Notes under the pieces: generated by a model | Databases searched by the model: none | What the model was told of the DNA's origin: nothing | The model's input: the letters and a program-made list of their open reading frames with translations, nothing else | Translations under genes and position numbers: made by a program | Part shown: positions 15,851-26,570 of the stretch, piece by piece | How the letters are laid out: each line of letters starts with the position of its first letter | Numbering within the stretch: the stretch's first letter is position 1 | Source of the DNA: a virus | Virus record (IMG/VR): IMGVR_UViG_3300017971_000292 | Length of the DNA stretch: 64,000 bases | Direction: 5' to 3' (one strand)

Positions 15851-16342
15851 ATGAGCGTATACATCCCAGAAGCACCTAAGGCAATCGCCCGCACGGGCGT
15901 GGCGTACCCTATCTATGCACTGGCTGATCACGGCACTACCGGCGCGGTGACCGACCAGGAGCCCCAGTGTATCGACCTCGAGTCGTCCGAGAATAGCGGG
16001 ACGTACCACGAGGGGGTTGGCGTCATCGAGATTTTCACCCGGAACGGCCAGGGTGCTACGCCCACCAGCCCGGGTGCGGCTGCGACGTACACGCTATTCT
16101 GGGCGTTCTGTAACACCAAGCTCGACAACGCCTCCGACGCCCCAACGCTATTGTCTGCTCTCGAATCCTCGCTCATCGTTACGCTCCCGGATTCGGCGCT
16201 CACGACCGTTGCCGGGCAGACCCTCCAGCGTTCCGGTGACCCGTTCATTATCCCCGGCCGGTACCTGTACACATGGTACAGCCGGGATGCGTTTGCTGCC
16301 AACGCGCTGGTCGACATCAACTGCGATCTGATCCGAGTGTAA
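15851..16342 (+). CDS. Hypothetical protein (163 aa)
   Basis: ORF with GGAGG upstream of the ATG. It is the first of four tightly packed genes preceding the terminase. Confidence 0.6.
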   Translation: MSVYIPEAPKAIARTGVAYPIYALADHGTTGAVTDQEPQCIDLESSENSGTYHEGVGVIEIFTRNGQGATPTSPGAAATYTLFWAFCNTKLDNASDAPTLLSALESSLIVTLPDSALTTVAGQTLQRSGDPFIIPGRYLYTWYSRDAFAANALVDINCDLIRV

Positions 16343-16343
16343 C

Positions 16344-16643
16344 ATGGGTGCTACCGCACAGACTCTGATTTATCGACGACGGCTGAAGCGACGCCTGCCG
16401 TTCGGAGGAGACACTGGGGCACTCGAGGGGTTCCTCGGTTTCTCTGATACCTTCGGCGCGAACTCCAGCGGTGCTGAGACGCTCGTCGGCGGGGCTAACT
16501 GGGGAGGGGATTGGATCCTTGTGGAGCAGACGCTGACCTCCCACATCGCGGCCTTCGACCCACTTAATTACACGGACGGGGCAGCACTTTCGATCGGTGG
16601 CGGCTGCGCGGGCCTACCCAATGCGCCGGAGGCATATTCATGA
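16344..16643 (+). CDS. Hypothetical protein (99 aa)
   Basis: ORF track, tightly packed. Confidence 0.5.
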   Translation: MGATAQTLIYRRRLKRRLPFGGDTGALEGFLGFSDTFGANSSGAETLVGGANWGGDWILVEQTLTSHIAAFDPLNYTDGAALSIGGGCAGLPNAPEAYS

Positions 16644-17419
16644 GCAGTTCAGTTCTACGCATCAACGAGATTGGGGTCAGGGACACTGACAACCAGACGG
16701 GGGACAATTATCTCCGGCTTGCTTCGACTGCCCGTGTCCGAAAGATTGGCCCTGACTACCCGTTTGCCGAGCTGTGGACAGCGGCGCTAGTAAACATCAA
16801 GACCCCATACCTGTTCGAGTCCCTGACAGCCAACGATACCGACTCCGAGCAGATGTTCGCCTATGATATATCTTCTTCGGACTACGCCCCGCTTCTTTTT
16901 GGGCTATGTTCGGGGTCGGACACTGAGTACGAATCAGCTACCAACCATCAGTTCGGATGGTCCTTCGGGTCGACCTCTGCGGTCCAAAAGAAGTCAGCCG
17001 CTGGGACCCCCTATATTGATTGGACCTGGTTCCCCTACAAGGTCGAGAATGGTGTCAGGACTGCCACATCCGGAAATACCATCGTTCTATCGGTCGACCC
17101 GACGAAGCGCTCGCTGCTCTTTCAGCGATTCATCGTAGGGTCCCCGAACTGGTCTATCCAAGCATGCACCCCACGCGTCGCGAGCTTAGCTCAGGATGTG
17201 GACTACACCGAGGCCGACGTGAAGGCTATTCTGGAGTACCCCGACTGGGCTACACTCTCCCCCGACTTAGCTTCCGTGTTCGGGTTGACAGCTACGTCAT
17301 TGAGGACGATGGCTATTGACACGGCCACTTATGGCGACTTCGATCACGTTATGTATGGGTGGCCACATTGGGGTAGTGAGCTGAATCTTAGCTGTATTGC
17401 GGGAATCAAGAAGTCATGA
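16640..17419 (+). CDS. Hypothetical protein (259 aa)
   Basis: ORF track with an ATGA overlap. Confidence 0.6.
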   Translation: MSSSVLRINEIGVRDTDNQTGDNYLRLASTARVRKIGPDYPFAELWTAALVNIKTPYLFESLTANDTDSEQMFAYDISSSDYAPLLFGLCSGSDTEYESATNHQFGWSFGSTSAVQKKSAAGTPYIDWTWFPYKVENGVRTATSGNTIVLSVDPTKRSLLFQRFIVGSPNWSIQACTPRVASLAQDVDYTEADVKAILEYPDWATLSPDLASVFGLTATSLRTMAIDTATYGDFDHVMYGWPHWGSELNLSCIAGIKKS

Positions 17420-18258
17420 GCGCACCAGTTTTCAGACGAATCGCCTTCGGGCACGGAACACGGGGCTGCATCCAACTGGATGGGGAAGGCCGGGGCTTTA
17501 AGTGGGGGCTTGATATACCGTCATGGGACAAGGCCTCTATCTATTTTCCTGTTGGCCCAATCACCGGAGCCCCCAACACTGGTAACCTAACCGGATGCTA
17601 TTTTATGGCGGGCCTTAGCTACGGGGCGGGTACGCAGTACCGCGCTGGGCAGGCCAATGTTGGGGACCATGTCATCGGCATGAGCCTTGGTGGGTCTCCC
17701 TCGGCGGCTACCCTTACTGGCGTGCCCGAAGCAACCTCAACCCCAACCCCCAACTCCAATGTCAAGTGGACGGGCACAATCTGGAATACCCACGGCGCGT
17801 CAGGGTCGTTCACTAATGGATCCGGCACGTCTAACTTTGCGATCCCAAATTATGACCAGCAATGGCCCTCCCCGGCCACGAGGTCCCCGTCGCAGGGTGG
17901 GATCATCATGACGATCAGCAAGAACGGTGGAACTAGTTGGACGATGTACTTGAGTACGAAAATAAAAGCAGACCAGGACGACCCTGAGGCTGCAATGTTC
18001 CATGCGATGCACACTCGTGGCCAAACGAGCACACTTCACTCGCAATGGCGTAACACCCTACTCCCATATCACGATCGCGAGTCTGATCCGGGGGAGACAG
18101 GGGCCTACTATTCAAGCACATCTGCTTTCTCCCCTACTGTGGATGAGGGGACGGACGGGGCGTTTGACTCGATTTTCGCGTATTGGGAATGCACTGGGAC
18201 GCCAGCCGCCTCGCTGTTTGTCGGCACTCCCGTTGTGAAGGTTCTAAGTAGGTCGTAA
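17416..18258 (+). CDS. Hypothetical protein (280 aa, Gly/Thr/Ser-rich)
   Basis: ORF track with ATGA overlap on both sides. Confidence 0.6.
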   Translation: MSAPVFRRIAFGHGTRGCIQLDGEGRGFKWGLDIPSWDKASIYFPVGPITGAPNTGNLTGCYFMAGLSYGAGTQYRAGQANVGDHVIGMSLGGSPSAATLTGVPEATSTPTPNSNVKWTGTIWNTHGASGSFTNGSGTSNFAIPNYDQQWPSPATRSPSQGGIIMTISKNGGTSWTMYLSTKIKADQDDPEAAMFHAMHTRGQTSTLHSQWRNTLLPYHDRESDPGETGAYYSSTSAFSPTVDEGTDGAFDSIFAYWECTGTPAASLFVGTPVVKVLSRS

Positions 18259-19820
18259 TGAATGATGACCAATCTCTTGACGCTTCTTGGTATCAGCCGG
18301 GGCAGTCCATCCAAGAGTTCCATCAGTCGCCGGCCAGGATTCGAGGACTTGTTGGTGGCCGAGGTTCTGGGAAGACGACCGCCATCGCAGTTGAGACTGC
18401 CGGGCACGCTTTCCACAACGCAGGGTCCAAGATCTACATCCTCCGCAAGACCCAAGAGTCTAACACCGACACGACTCTCGAGACTTTCGAGAAGCAAGTC
18501 TTCCCTAAACTCGGGAAAGCGTACACCGACACAGGCATCTCTCTATTCAAGAAATCTGAGGGCGGGAAGCACTTCCGCCTCCCGAGCCGCATGGCGATTG
18601 AAGAGTACAACAAATGGCTGGCTGCCAACCCCACCGCCACGAAGGCCCATAAGGTATACTGGCTTGAGTCGATTGGGGACCGGCTATGTAGCCACCTCTA
18701 CTTTGCCGGTGTGCCTGACCCTCGCTTCAGGGCATCACGTTTTCGTGGCTACGAGTGCTCACTCCTCATCTTCGTCGAAGCCGACCAGCTGGCTAAGGAG
18801 GATCTGGACCTGGGTATGGCGTGCCTTCGGTGGAAGGGCGCGGACCCAGAGCGGTGCGACGAAAAAGGATTCATAAAAGATCGAGGATGCATCCTCGACA
18901 CAAACCCTCCTTCTCCGCGTCATTGGATTGCGGAGTTGGAGCACGACGCCAAGGAGACCGAGGATCGGACGGTGCAGTTCTGGCACATTCCGACCGAGGA
19001 GAACCGGCACAACCTGCCGGACGATTACGTCGAAAGTCTCCGCCGCCAGTATCGGAAGAACCCTGCGATGTTCAAACGGATGTTGCTCGGCCAGTACGCG
19101 GAGGCTTTCGACGGGTCACCTGTGATTTGGGGGTTTGACGAGGAGTGCGCGTTCGATGACCTGGGGTGGCCCCAGGGCGCGTACCTTGTTCGCGGATGGG
19201 ATTTCGGGTCGACCCACGCAACTGTCTGGTCTGCCTATTGGGAGTACGAGGGGGTTGAGTATTGGTGGGACCTGTTTGAGCACTTCTCGTTGATGAGCGA
19301 CGTGGAGAAACAGTGCCGGGCAGCCATTGACATCACCAACCAAGTTTTCCCCTTCTGGAACAAGCGGGGACTCTGCGCGGGGATCTTCGACTACTGTGAC
19401 CCCGCCGGCTTCGCCAAGACCGACAAAGGGCGGTCGGTGGACACGCTGCACTCGAATGGGATCTTCCCGGGGACGAAGCGGATGGGCTTTCAGGATTCCA
19501 TCACGATCTACAATCGACTGATGGAGAAACGCGACAAGCGGGGCCAGCACATTTACCGGATTGACAGGAAGGGCTGCCCGATGCTCTACGTGGCGCTTCT
19601 GGGCGGCTATCGCTACCCGGTGGAGGGCGAGCCAGGGTTCGGGAAGGACACGCCGCTGAAGGGCCCTGCGGGCGGCAACTACGACCATGTGGTGGACGCC
19701 GGTCGTTACGCGAAGATCGGCCAGCTCCGCCAAGTAGCAGCTGGGTATGAGGAGAAGAACCCGGCCGTTGGTCCTCTGGCAGTGAATACCAAGATAAACC
19801 GCCGACGCCGTTACTATTGA
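18258..19820 (+). CDS. terL: Terminase large subunit (ATPase plus nuclease)
   Basis: Walker A GGRGSGKTTAI, Walker B LLIFVEAD and a C-terminal RNaseH-like region with DYCDPAG and HVVDAGRY. The size is 520 aa. Confidence 0.85.
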   Translation: MNDDQSLDASWYQPGQSIQEFHQSPARIRGLVGGRGSGKTTAIAVETAGHAFHNAGSKIYILRKTQESNTDTTLETFEKQVFPKLGKAYTDTGISLFKKSEGGKHFRLPSRMAIEEYNKWLAANPTATKAHKVYWLESIGDRLCSHLYFAGVPDPRFRASRFRGYECSLLIFVEADQLAKEDLDLGMACLRWKGADPERCDEKGFIKDRGCILDTNPPSPRHWIAELEHDAKETEDRTVQFWHIPTEENRHNLPDDYVESLRRQYRKNPAMFKRMLLGQYAEAFDGSPVIWGFDEECAFDDLGWPQGAYLVRGWDFGSTHATVWSAYWEYEGVEYWWDLFEHFSLMSDVEKQCRAAIDITNQVFPFWNKRGLCAGIFDYCDPAGFAKTDKGRSVDTLHSNGIFPGTKRMGFQDSITIYNRLMEKRDKRGQHIYRIDRKGCPMLYVALLGGYRYPVEGEPGFGKDTPLKGPAGGNYDHVVDAGRYAKIGQLRQVAAGYEEKNPAVGPLAVNTKINRRRRYY

Positions 19821-19865
19821 CCGGTTTACATCAGCCGGGTATATTGGGAGGTCAGGAGGACGATT

Positions 19866-20222
19866 ATGCCAAAAGGACCCGAAGTTGTAGATGCACCAAA
19901 AGAACCTGCGTGGATCCCGCCCACTGTTCGATTGAACACGGAGGACGCGGAAAAGCTGTTGGCTGGTAACCTCCCCGGTCTCGACCAGATTGTGGAGTTC
20001 ACCGCCAAGGTTACTGGTATTGAACAGGGCAATGAGCGCGATTACGAATCGGGCAAGGCGAAGCCTCGTAAGTCTGTGACGCTGGAGATCCAGTCTGTCG
20101 AGACTGATGAAGAGCCGGAGATGGAGGGCGTGATGAGCGACGAGGACGAGGAAGCGACGCTCGGTTACAAACGTCCGAAGAAAGATATGAACGAGGCACC
20201 CATGGGTGGCGCAGTGTATTAA
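19866..20222 (+). CDS. Hypothetical acidic protein (118 aa)
   Basis: ORF with an AGGAGGA RBS. Confidence 0.55.
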   Translation: MPKGPEVVDAPKEPAWIPPTVRLNTEDAEKLLAGNLPGLDQIVEFTAKVTGIEQGNERDYESGKAKPRKSVTLEIQSVETDEEPEMEGVMSDEDEEATLGYKRPKKDMNEAPMGGAVY

Positions 20223-20232
20223 GGAGGAATCG

Positions 20233-20574
20233 ATGAATGGATTAAGTTTTCCTGCTATTCCGGGGACGATGCCGGCAGCGGTTGCGCAACAGCCGCCCAG
20301 CGGACCCATGCCCGACGTCGTCCAACCCTCCTTGCCTGGCCCACCGCCTCAACTCAGTGCTGCGATGCCTGCTGCGGGCGCTCCGCCTCTTGGTGGGATG
20401 GCTGCGCCTCCCATGCCGCTGAGCCCGGCTGAAATGCAGTACCAGGCGGTGACTCAGGAGGATGGAACAGTTTTGCTTCATGTGGTGAAGCCTGAGGGCG
20501 GACTTGGCCCTGTGGTGAAGATCGTACCCGCCCCGAAGGCCGGTGCCGCACCGCAGGCCGGACCCGCTGCCTAA
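20233..20574 (+). CDS. Pro/Ala-rich hypothetical protein (~113 aa)
   Basis: AAGGAGGAATCGATG RBS. The sequence is low-complexity and P/A-rich. Confidence 0.45.
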   Translation: MNGLSFPAIPGTMPAAVAQQPPSGPMPDVVQPSLPGPPPQLSAAMPAAGAPPLGGMAAPPMPLSPAEMQYQAVTQEDGTVLLHVVKPEGGLGPVVKIVPAPKAGAAPQAGPAA

Positions 20575-20591
20575 GTGAAAGGAGAACGGCC

Positions 20592-23477
20592 ATGTCGGTA
20601 GTGTTCGCGACAAAGAACTACGTCCAGGACCCTGCGTTTCGCAACTTCAACTGGACGGGTGCTGTGCTGCCTTCATACGGCCCAGCGCATAACGCGCTGA
20701 TCACCGGATCCGATGTTTGGGGCCTGGGCGTTAGCACAGTCTCCACCGATTACTCGACGACCAAGGGGACGATGACGGACGCAGACCGCAACGCTGTTCG
20801 GGGTCGTGGCGTCACCAATTACCTCCGGCTTGCCCGCGACACCGGCCCGCTCCCCGGGGGCGGCACAATCTTTCTGTGGCAGCGTATTCCGATTGCGCAG
20901 CTACTCGGATTCAATAACCCCGTGTCCTACCAGTGGTCGACGTGGGTGCGATCAGAGTACGCCCGCCAGATCGGGCTGTCCGCGTACCTTGACTATGGAA
21001 CAGGTGGGAGCCCCTCGACGGGGGAGATCGTTGGTACGCCGAGGGCCAAGCTCGTCCAAGCCGGCGAGTGGACCCGACTCACTCTCGATATCTTGCTCGG
21101 GGATTATTTGTCCAAGACGCTCGGATCGAATATGGATGCGTACCTGGAAGTCCGGGTGTACCTCCATCAGCCTAACCCAGGGTCTGCCACCATTCCCGGC
21201 GGGGTCGACTGGAATGTCGATGGGTACACGGATGTCACGGCCGCGCAGCTCGAGGCTGGTGTGATTACCTCGGCCTTCGAGGAAGAGGGGCCGTTCTTTA
21301 GCGGGGCGTTCGGTTCACGGAACCTACGCTGTTACGCATTGCCGACGCATCCGGCGGATGTCGTCAATTTGGAGTACCTGACAGGCGCAGGCCCGGCCCC
21401 CATCGAGTTTGAGCTACTCAAGTTCAACATCGCTCCGACGGTGACAGCCTCTACGGAGGGCGAGCTTGTTTGGAACCCGACGGACAACACCCTTGACATG
21501 TGGTTGTCGGCTGACGTCACACTCCAGGTCGGGCAGGAGACGGTGATGAAGGTCGTCAACGAGACGGCCTCGCAGATCGATAATGGCAAGGCAGTGGCGC
21601 TGATTGGCGCGCAGGCGGCCACAGGTCGTCCGTCAATTGAACTGGCTGACATCGCTACTCGGACGCGGGCGTGGGCGACCGTCGGTATTGCGACCGAGAA
21701 CATCCCGGCCGGTGGCGAGGGTTTCGTTACCGTCCAAGGACTTGTGCGGGGTGTTGACACCTCCGGCCTCGCGGCCGGGTCGTCTGTCTTCCTGAACGGG
21801 GTGCCCGGTAATTTGACGAACATCCCACCGAGTCCACCCAACTCAGTCGTCCACGTTGCTGTCTGCATGGTCTCCGATGCGTCTAACGGGGTGCTCTACG
21901 TCCCGACAGTCAACATCATCGGTACGGTGGAGGAGTTGACGGATACGGATGTCACGGGAGTTGTGAACGGCAACGTACTTACGTGGGACGCAACTGCTAA
22001 GGTGTGGTCGAAGACACAGTCTGCAGTGTTCTCCGCCGCGAGCATTAACGTGCTGACGATTGGGGAGGCGACTGTGTCGGACACGCTGGCGGTCGGGGAT
22101 AGCGTGACCGCCCTTTACACGTTTCACACCGAGGCGGAGGTCACAGCGACGTCTGGGACTACCCTCACGGCCCTCGTGCGAGCTTACAGTGCTCCGGCGA
22201 CTGCTTCGACAGCATCGGTGGCCGCCATTAACGCCCAAGCGCGGCACACTGGGGTCGGTGACTTGACGAACGTGACTGACGGTATGCGCGGGTCCGCGAT
22301 CTACGCCATCCATGAGTCGGCGGCGACAGTCGCGCTTTTGCAGGGCGAGGTCATCTACCCACAGGTTTCCGGCGGTGGGGCGGCCACAACTGTCTACGGT
22401 TTGCGGATTCGCGGATTGTTGTCCGGTGGGTCGACGGCGACTACCTGGGCGTGCCTGTACCTCGACGCTGCTCCGGCGGCCACAACTGTCTACGGTATCT
22501 ACCAAGCTGGCAGCTCGGACATCAACTACTTCGGCGGCAACGTCCACGCAAGGCGCAGCCTCCTCGTGGGCAACTCTGTGTCTTCGGTGACGACCGGACG
22601 CGTCTTGGAGATTCAAGAGGAGTGGCAGTCAAACGCCCTCTACATCTACGGCGTCTATCAAGTGCAGACGATCGTGCCCACCACGACCCGCACGGCTTCG
22701 ACTTACGGCATGTATTCGTCGCTCTCGCTCACGACGAACTTCAATTACACCGGGCTGAACTACGGTGCACTTTACCAAGTATCCCATGCCGGGGGCGGGG
22801 TCGTTGACGAGATCTATGGCGTCGGCTGCGAAGCCATCGGCGGCGGTACCGGCACCATCACCCTCGCGGCTGCGATCCGGGCTCGGGTGCGGACCACCAA
22901 CGCGGCCCATACGATCACGGAAGGGATCGGCCTGCTGATCGAGGCTCCGCAAACGACCGGGACCATCACCACCCGCTATGGCATCTACCAGGAGTCTGCG
23001 GGCGACGTGAACTACTTTGCGGGCACGACGCTCGCCCAGCTTGTTCGCGGGGAGATGTATCAGGACGACACGGCGGCTACTGTCGCGCTAACCCTGCAGA
23101 ATACGTGGTACCCGATCGTCAACGGGTGGTCGGATTCAGGGAACGCGAACGACATCACCCGGACGACTGGGACTGGACGGTTGACGCCGCTCAGGGCGGG
23201 CACGTATCTCGTCCTATGGTCGCTCAGTGGTTTTGTGGGGGCCGTAAACCAGCAGCTCGAAGTCGGTGTGCTTAAGAATGGGACGATTCAAGCTTCGACT
23301 ATCGAGGAAGAATTCTTCGCTTCCGCCACGACCACCTACGGGCTGTCCGGGCACGGGCTGGTTACCGCAAACGGGACCACCGACTATTTCGAGCTGGCTA
23401 TCAATAACAACACGTCAGCCGGCCGCACTTTTACCATTGATCACACGACGTTCACTATGTGGCGGATCGGGGACTAA
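20592..23477 (+). CDS. Large virion structural protein, tail-fibre or tailspike-like (961 aa)
   Basis: GGAGAAcggccATG RBS. It is T/S/G/V-rich and beta-rich, with a C-terminal region typical of fibre tips. The position is in the morphogenesis block. Confidence 0.65.
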   Translation: MSVVFATKNYVQDPAFRNFNWTGAVLPSYGPAHNALITGSDVWGLGVSTVSTDYSTTKGTMTDADRNAVRGRGVTNYLRLARDTGPLPGGGTIFLWQRIPIAQLLGFNNPVSYQWSTWVRSEYARQIGLSAYLDYGTGGSPSTGEIVGTPRAKLVQAGEWTRLTLDILLGDYLSKTLGSNMDAYLEVRVYLHQPNPGSATIPGGVDWNVDGYTDVTAAQLEAGVITSAFEEEGPFFSGAFGSRNLRCYALPTHPADVVNLEYLTGAGPAPIEFELLKFNIAPTVTASTEGELVWNPTDNTLDMWLSADVTLQVGQETVMKVVNETASQIDNGKAVALIGAQAATGRPSIELADIATRTRAWATVGIATENIPAGGEGFVTVQGLVRGVDTSGLAAGSSVFLNGVPGNLTNIPPSPPNSVVHVAVCMVSDASNGVLYVPTVNIIGTVEELTDTDVTGVVNGNVLTWDATAKVWSKTQSAVFSAASINVLTIGEATVSDTLAVGDSVTALYTFHTEAEVTATSGTTLTALVRAYSAPATASTASVAAINAQARHTGVGDLTNVTDGMRGSAIYAIHESAATVALLQGEVIYPQVSGGGAATTVYGLRIRGLLSGGSTATTWACLYLDAAPAATTVYGIYQAGSSDINYFGGNVHARRSLLVGNSVSSVTTGRVLEIQEEWQSNALYIYGVYQVQTIVPTTTRTASTYGMYSSLSLTTNFNYTGLNYGALYQVSHAGGGVVDEIYGVGCEAIGGGTGTITLAAAIRARVRTTNAAHTITEGIGLLIEAPQTTGTITTRYGIYQESAGDVNYFAGTTLAQLVRGEMYQDDTAATVALTLQNTWYPIVNGWSDSGNANDITRTTGTGRLTPLRAGTYLVLWSLSGFVGAVNQQLEVGVLKNGTIQASTIEEEFFASATTTYGLSGHGLVTANGTTDYFELAINNNTSAGRTFTIDHTTFTMWRIGD

Positions 23478-23488
23478 GGAGGAAATTA

Positions 23489-23739
23489 TGGCATTTCAAA
23501 CAACGGTCGACATCACGAACGCCCAGGAGGCGGCACTGCAGAGGCTCATTGACTATCGTTACAAGGACGAGCCGACGAAGCCGACGCCGCAGGAGTTTCT
23601 CGAGGGCAGTATTTCTGATCTTGTCATCGGTCTGCGAAACGAGTATTTGTCAATGCGTCGCGACCAGATATTGGCTGCTTTGGCCAACGCCTCTGGCGCG
23701 GATCTTGATTCAATAGAATCCACGTTAGGTCTGGCCTAA
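23489..23739 (+). CDS. Hypothetical protein (83 aa)
   Basis: Strong AAGGAGGAAATTATG RBS. Confidence 0.55.
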
Positions 23740-23745
23740 GTAACT

Positions 23746-24150
23746 ATGAGCGAAAAAATGACCATACCCGTGGGGACGATCTTCGATCCCCAGTTCAGTG
23801 CAACCCTGCTGACGCTGTCGAGTGCTCGACTTCCCGCCAAGACGTCCTATTGGATTGGGCGCGTGCTGGCGGCTCTTCGTGACGCTGAGAAGTCTGCAAA
23901 CGACGCCCGGCTCCGCGTGTTCCAAGAGCACGGCAAGCCCGTCGAGGATGCGGGCAGGGAGGGGCAGTGGACTCTTGAGGGGTGCGACGAGGCCACCAAG
24001 GCCAAGGCAACAGAGGAGCTCGCTGAGCTCGCGTTAGAGCCGCTGGAGCTGCCGATCACGCAGAAGATCGTGCTTCCGGATAACTTCGAGATCACGCCGC
24101 ACCAGATGCAGGCTGTGGACGCGATCATCACTGTAGAAGGGGTCGAGTAA
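23746..24150 (+). CDS. Hypothetical protein (134 aa)
   Basis: ORF track. Its stop overlaps the portal start (TAAATG). Confidence 0.55.
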   Translation: MSEKMTIPVGTIFDPQFSATLLTLSSARLPAKTSYWIGRVLAALRDAEKSANDARLRVFQEHGKPVEDAGREGQWTLEGCDEATKAKATEELAELALEPLELPITQKIVLPDNFEITPHQMQAVDAIITVEGVE

Positions 24151-26241
24151 ATGAAACCGAGCGTAGTCAAAAGACTGAAGAATGACGAGCCGTTTCGGGT
24201 GGCCGTAGCGAAGATCGCCAAGGACTACCTGAAGCTCGGCCGTGATTCGTTGGAATACTGGTCGCGTGACTTTGACTACGCGTACGACCTCATGCTCGGC
24301 TACGCGCCCCTGTCGCGTACCGACTACGAGCGGCTTGAGCGCGGAGATCCCCGGCGGTTCCTACTGCCGATGACTTCGACTCAGATCATCACGATGACCA
24401 CTTACATCGCTCAGGTGCTCTTCGGCCAGGAGACCCCCCACAGGGTCGAGGGCCGGGGCCCTGAGGATGAGATGCCCGCCGAGTACATGAACCAACTGCT
24501 CCGCTGGAATGCAGAGCAACAGTCGACGTACCTGCTTGGTTATCTGTGGGTGCAGGACTGCCTGGTGACGAACCGTGGCGTCTACTACAACACCTGGGCC
24601 CCGATCTACAAATCGAAGGTCACGGCCACGCAGGAGGATGACCTCGACGCTGACCCGATTATGGATTCAGAGTCCGGCGAGATGATCTATCCCAAGTACG
24701 AGAAGCTCGAGCGCGAGAAGGTGACTGTCGGACATTACGCCCGTGCCGACCTCGTCAGCCCCTACGATTTCGTGTGTGACCCTGGACTGCCGCTGTGGCG
24801 TTTTCAGGAGATGCGCTTCGCCGGACACCGGACGCAGATTCCGTGGACAGAGCTCATGCGCCGCTCCGAGCTTCCCGAAGACGACCCGTACCACATCTAT
24901 CCGTGGGCGGTCGAGGAGTTGAAGGAGAAGAAGCAGAAGCGGGGGACGGAGACGGCTCCGGACATCGTGGCGACTGGCGCTCCGACCGGCGGCATTGAAG
25001 CCAACATTCGGGTGAGTCGGACGGGCTACGAACGCGGCCGGTCAGTAAACCCGACGGGCAACGACGTTGCGGATAAGGAAGATGTCGGCAACATCGAATG
25101 CTACGAGATGTGGATCCGCTTGATCCCGAAAGCCTACAATCTGGGCGACGAGACGGATGTACGTTTATACCAGTTTCTTATAGGTATGGGTGACGTTGTG
25201 CTGGCGATCAACGAGTCGCCGTACGAGCACGACCAGCTCCCCTATACCGTCGCCGAAGGGCGGCCGTTTGCCCATTTCCAGTTCGCGCCCAGTTGGGCGA
25301 TGATCATGAAGGGCATCCAGGACCACGTCGATTGGCTGAAGAACCGCCACCAGGAGGCGCTCTCCCGCACGGTCGGCAACATCTTCATCTACGACCCCCA
25401 GAAGGTGGACGTTGACGACTTCATGAACCCGGAGAAGGAGGGTCTTCTGATCGCCCTTCGTCCCGAAGCGCAGGGCCAGCCGATCCGAGACGTCATTCAG
25501 CAGGTCCCGATCAAGGACATGACTGAACGGTTCCACGAAGAGATGATGCAGTTCGCTCAGTTCTCTGAGTCAGTGACTGCAGCCAACTCGGCTATGCAGG
25601 GGGCCAACCCGACGAAGTCTGATACCGCGACAGAGTTTGCTGGCACACAGCAGATGGCAGCCGGCCGCATGACCTCCATTGCCAGGCTGCTCTCCGTCCA
25701 GGGGCTCATGCCCCAGACCAAGCAGTTTGTGGCCAATTTCCAGCAGTTCATGGACGAGGAGATGGTGGTCCGGTTCAGCAGTGACGAGCTCAACCTGAAC
25801 CCGTATCTGCGGGGCGCGAAGTCCTTGAAACTGACCCGTGACGTGATCCAGGGTGAGTTCGACTTCATTGCCCACGACGGCACACTGCCCGGGACGGACA
25901 CCCGCAAGGTCGCGGCCATCGCCCGAGTGCTCGAGGCTGGGGCGGCCTACCCGCAGATCTTTATGCCCGGCGAGGGTAACCTTGATCCTCGCAGCCTGAT
26001 CTTCGCTGCCGCTAAGGCCAGTGGACTGAAGGTCGAGAATTTTTACTACGATCCGAGAACACTTGCAGCCGGAATGGGGTCTCCTCAAGGGGCTCCACCT
26101 ATTGACGGTGGAGTCCCTCCTCAACCCGGTATGCCAATGACTCCCGGACCTGCGCCAGCCATGCCATCGCTTCCACCGATGCCTGAGTCTGGTGAGCTGC
26201 CGTCTGTGGCCCCAGTACAGCCGCGACCGCAGCAGCTATAA
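24151..26241 (+). CDS. Putative portal protein (696 aa)
   Basis: Assigned by size and synteny (terminase ... portal - scaffold - capsid). It has a Pro-rich C-terminal tail. There is no motif-level proof. Confidence 0.55.
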   Translation: MKPSVVKRLKNDEPFRVAVAKIAKDYLKLGRDSLEYWSRDFDYAYDLMLGYAPLSRTDYERLERGDPRRFLLPMTSTQIITMTTYIAQVLFGQETPHRVEGRGPEDEMPAEYMNQLLRWNAEQQSTYLLGYLWVQDCLVTNRGVYYNTWAPIYKSKVTATQEDDLDADPIMDSESGEMIYPKYEKLEREKVTVGHYARADLVSPYDFVCDPGLPLWRFQEMRFAGHRTQIPWTELMRRSELPEDDPYHIYPWAVEELKEKKQKRGTETAPDIVATGAPTGGIEANIRVSRTGYERGRSVNPTGNDVADKEDVGNIECYEMWIRLIPKAYNLGDETDVRLYQFLIGMGDVVLAINESPYEHDQLPYTVAEGRPFAHFQFAPSWAMIMKGIQDHVDWLKNRHQEALSRTVGNIFIYDPQKVDVDDFMNPEKEGLLIALRPEAQGQPIRDVIQQVPIKDMTERFHEEMMQFAQFSESVTAANSAMQGANPTKSDTATEFAGTQQMAAGRMTSIARLLSVQGLMPQTKQFVANFQQFMDEEMVVRFSSDELNLNPYLRGAKSLKLTRDVIQGEFDFIAHDGTLPGTDTRKVAAIARVLEAGAAYPQIFMPGEGNLDPRSLIFAAAKASGLKVENFYYDPRTLAAGMGSPQGAPPIDGGVPPQPGMPMTPGPAPAMPSLPPMPESGELPSVAPVQPRPQQL

Positions 26242-26564
26242 TGAACTGCTCATTCCCGGATATCCAAATGTTGGAGCTGGTTCACAAGGACCGGCTTGAA
26301 CTCATGCGCGCGAATCTCCCCGGCAAGTGGGAGATCTTCAATAACGACCTGGCAGGAAAGGGTCTGCGTGCGTACCTGTTGATCGAGCTGATGAAGGTCA
26401 ACGATCAACTGCGGACGGAGCCCGAGGACTACAAGCTCCGACGCCTACAAGGGAGGGCGGATCAACTGAAGTCGCTTTTGAGATTGATGGACCCCACACA
26501 GGGGGGCAAAATCGCGAACACCATCGCCGACTACGTTAAGCAGGTCACGTCGAGTAAGGAGTAA
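26241..26564 (+). CDS. Hypothetical protein (107 aa)
   Basis: ORF track with a TAATG overlap. Confidence 0.5.
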   Translation: MNCSFPDIQMLELVHKDRLELMRANLPGKWEIFNNDLAGKGLRAYLLIELMKVNDQLRTEPEDYKLRRLQGRADQLKSLLRLMDPTQGGKIANTIADYVKQVTSSKE

Positions 26565-26570
26565 CCCAAT

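Noticed and set aside
20592-23477. Diversity-generating retroelement or reverse transcriptase associated with the tail-fibre gene
   Set aside because: No ORF with reverse-transcriptase motifs (YxDD) and no template/variable-repeat pair could be found around either large fibre-like gene.
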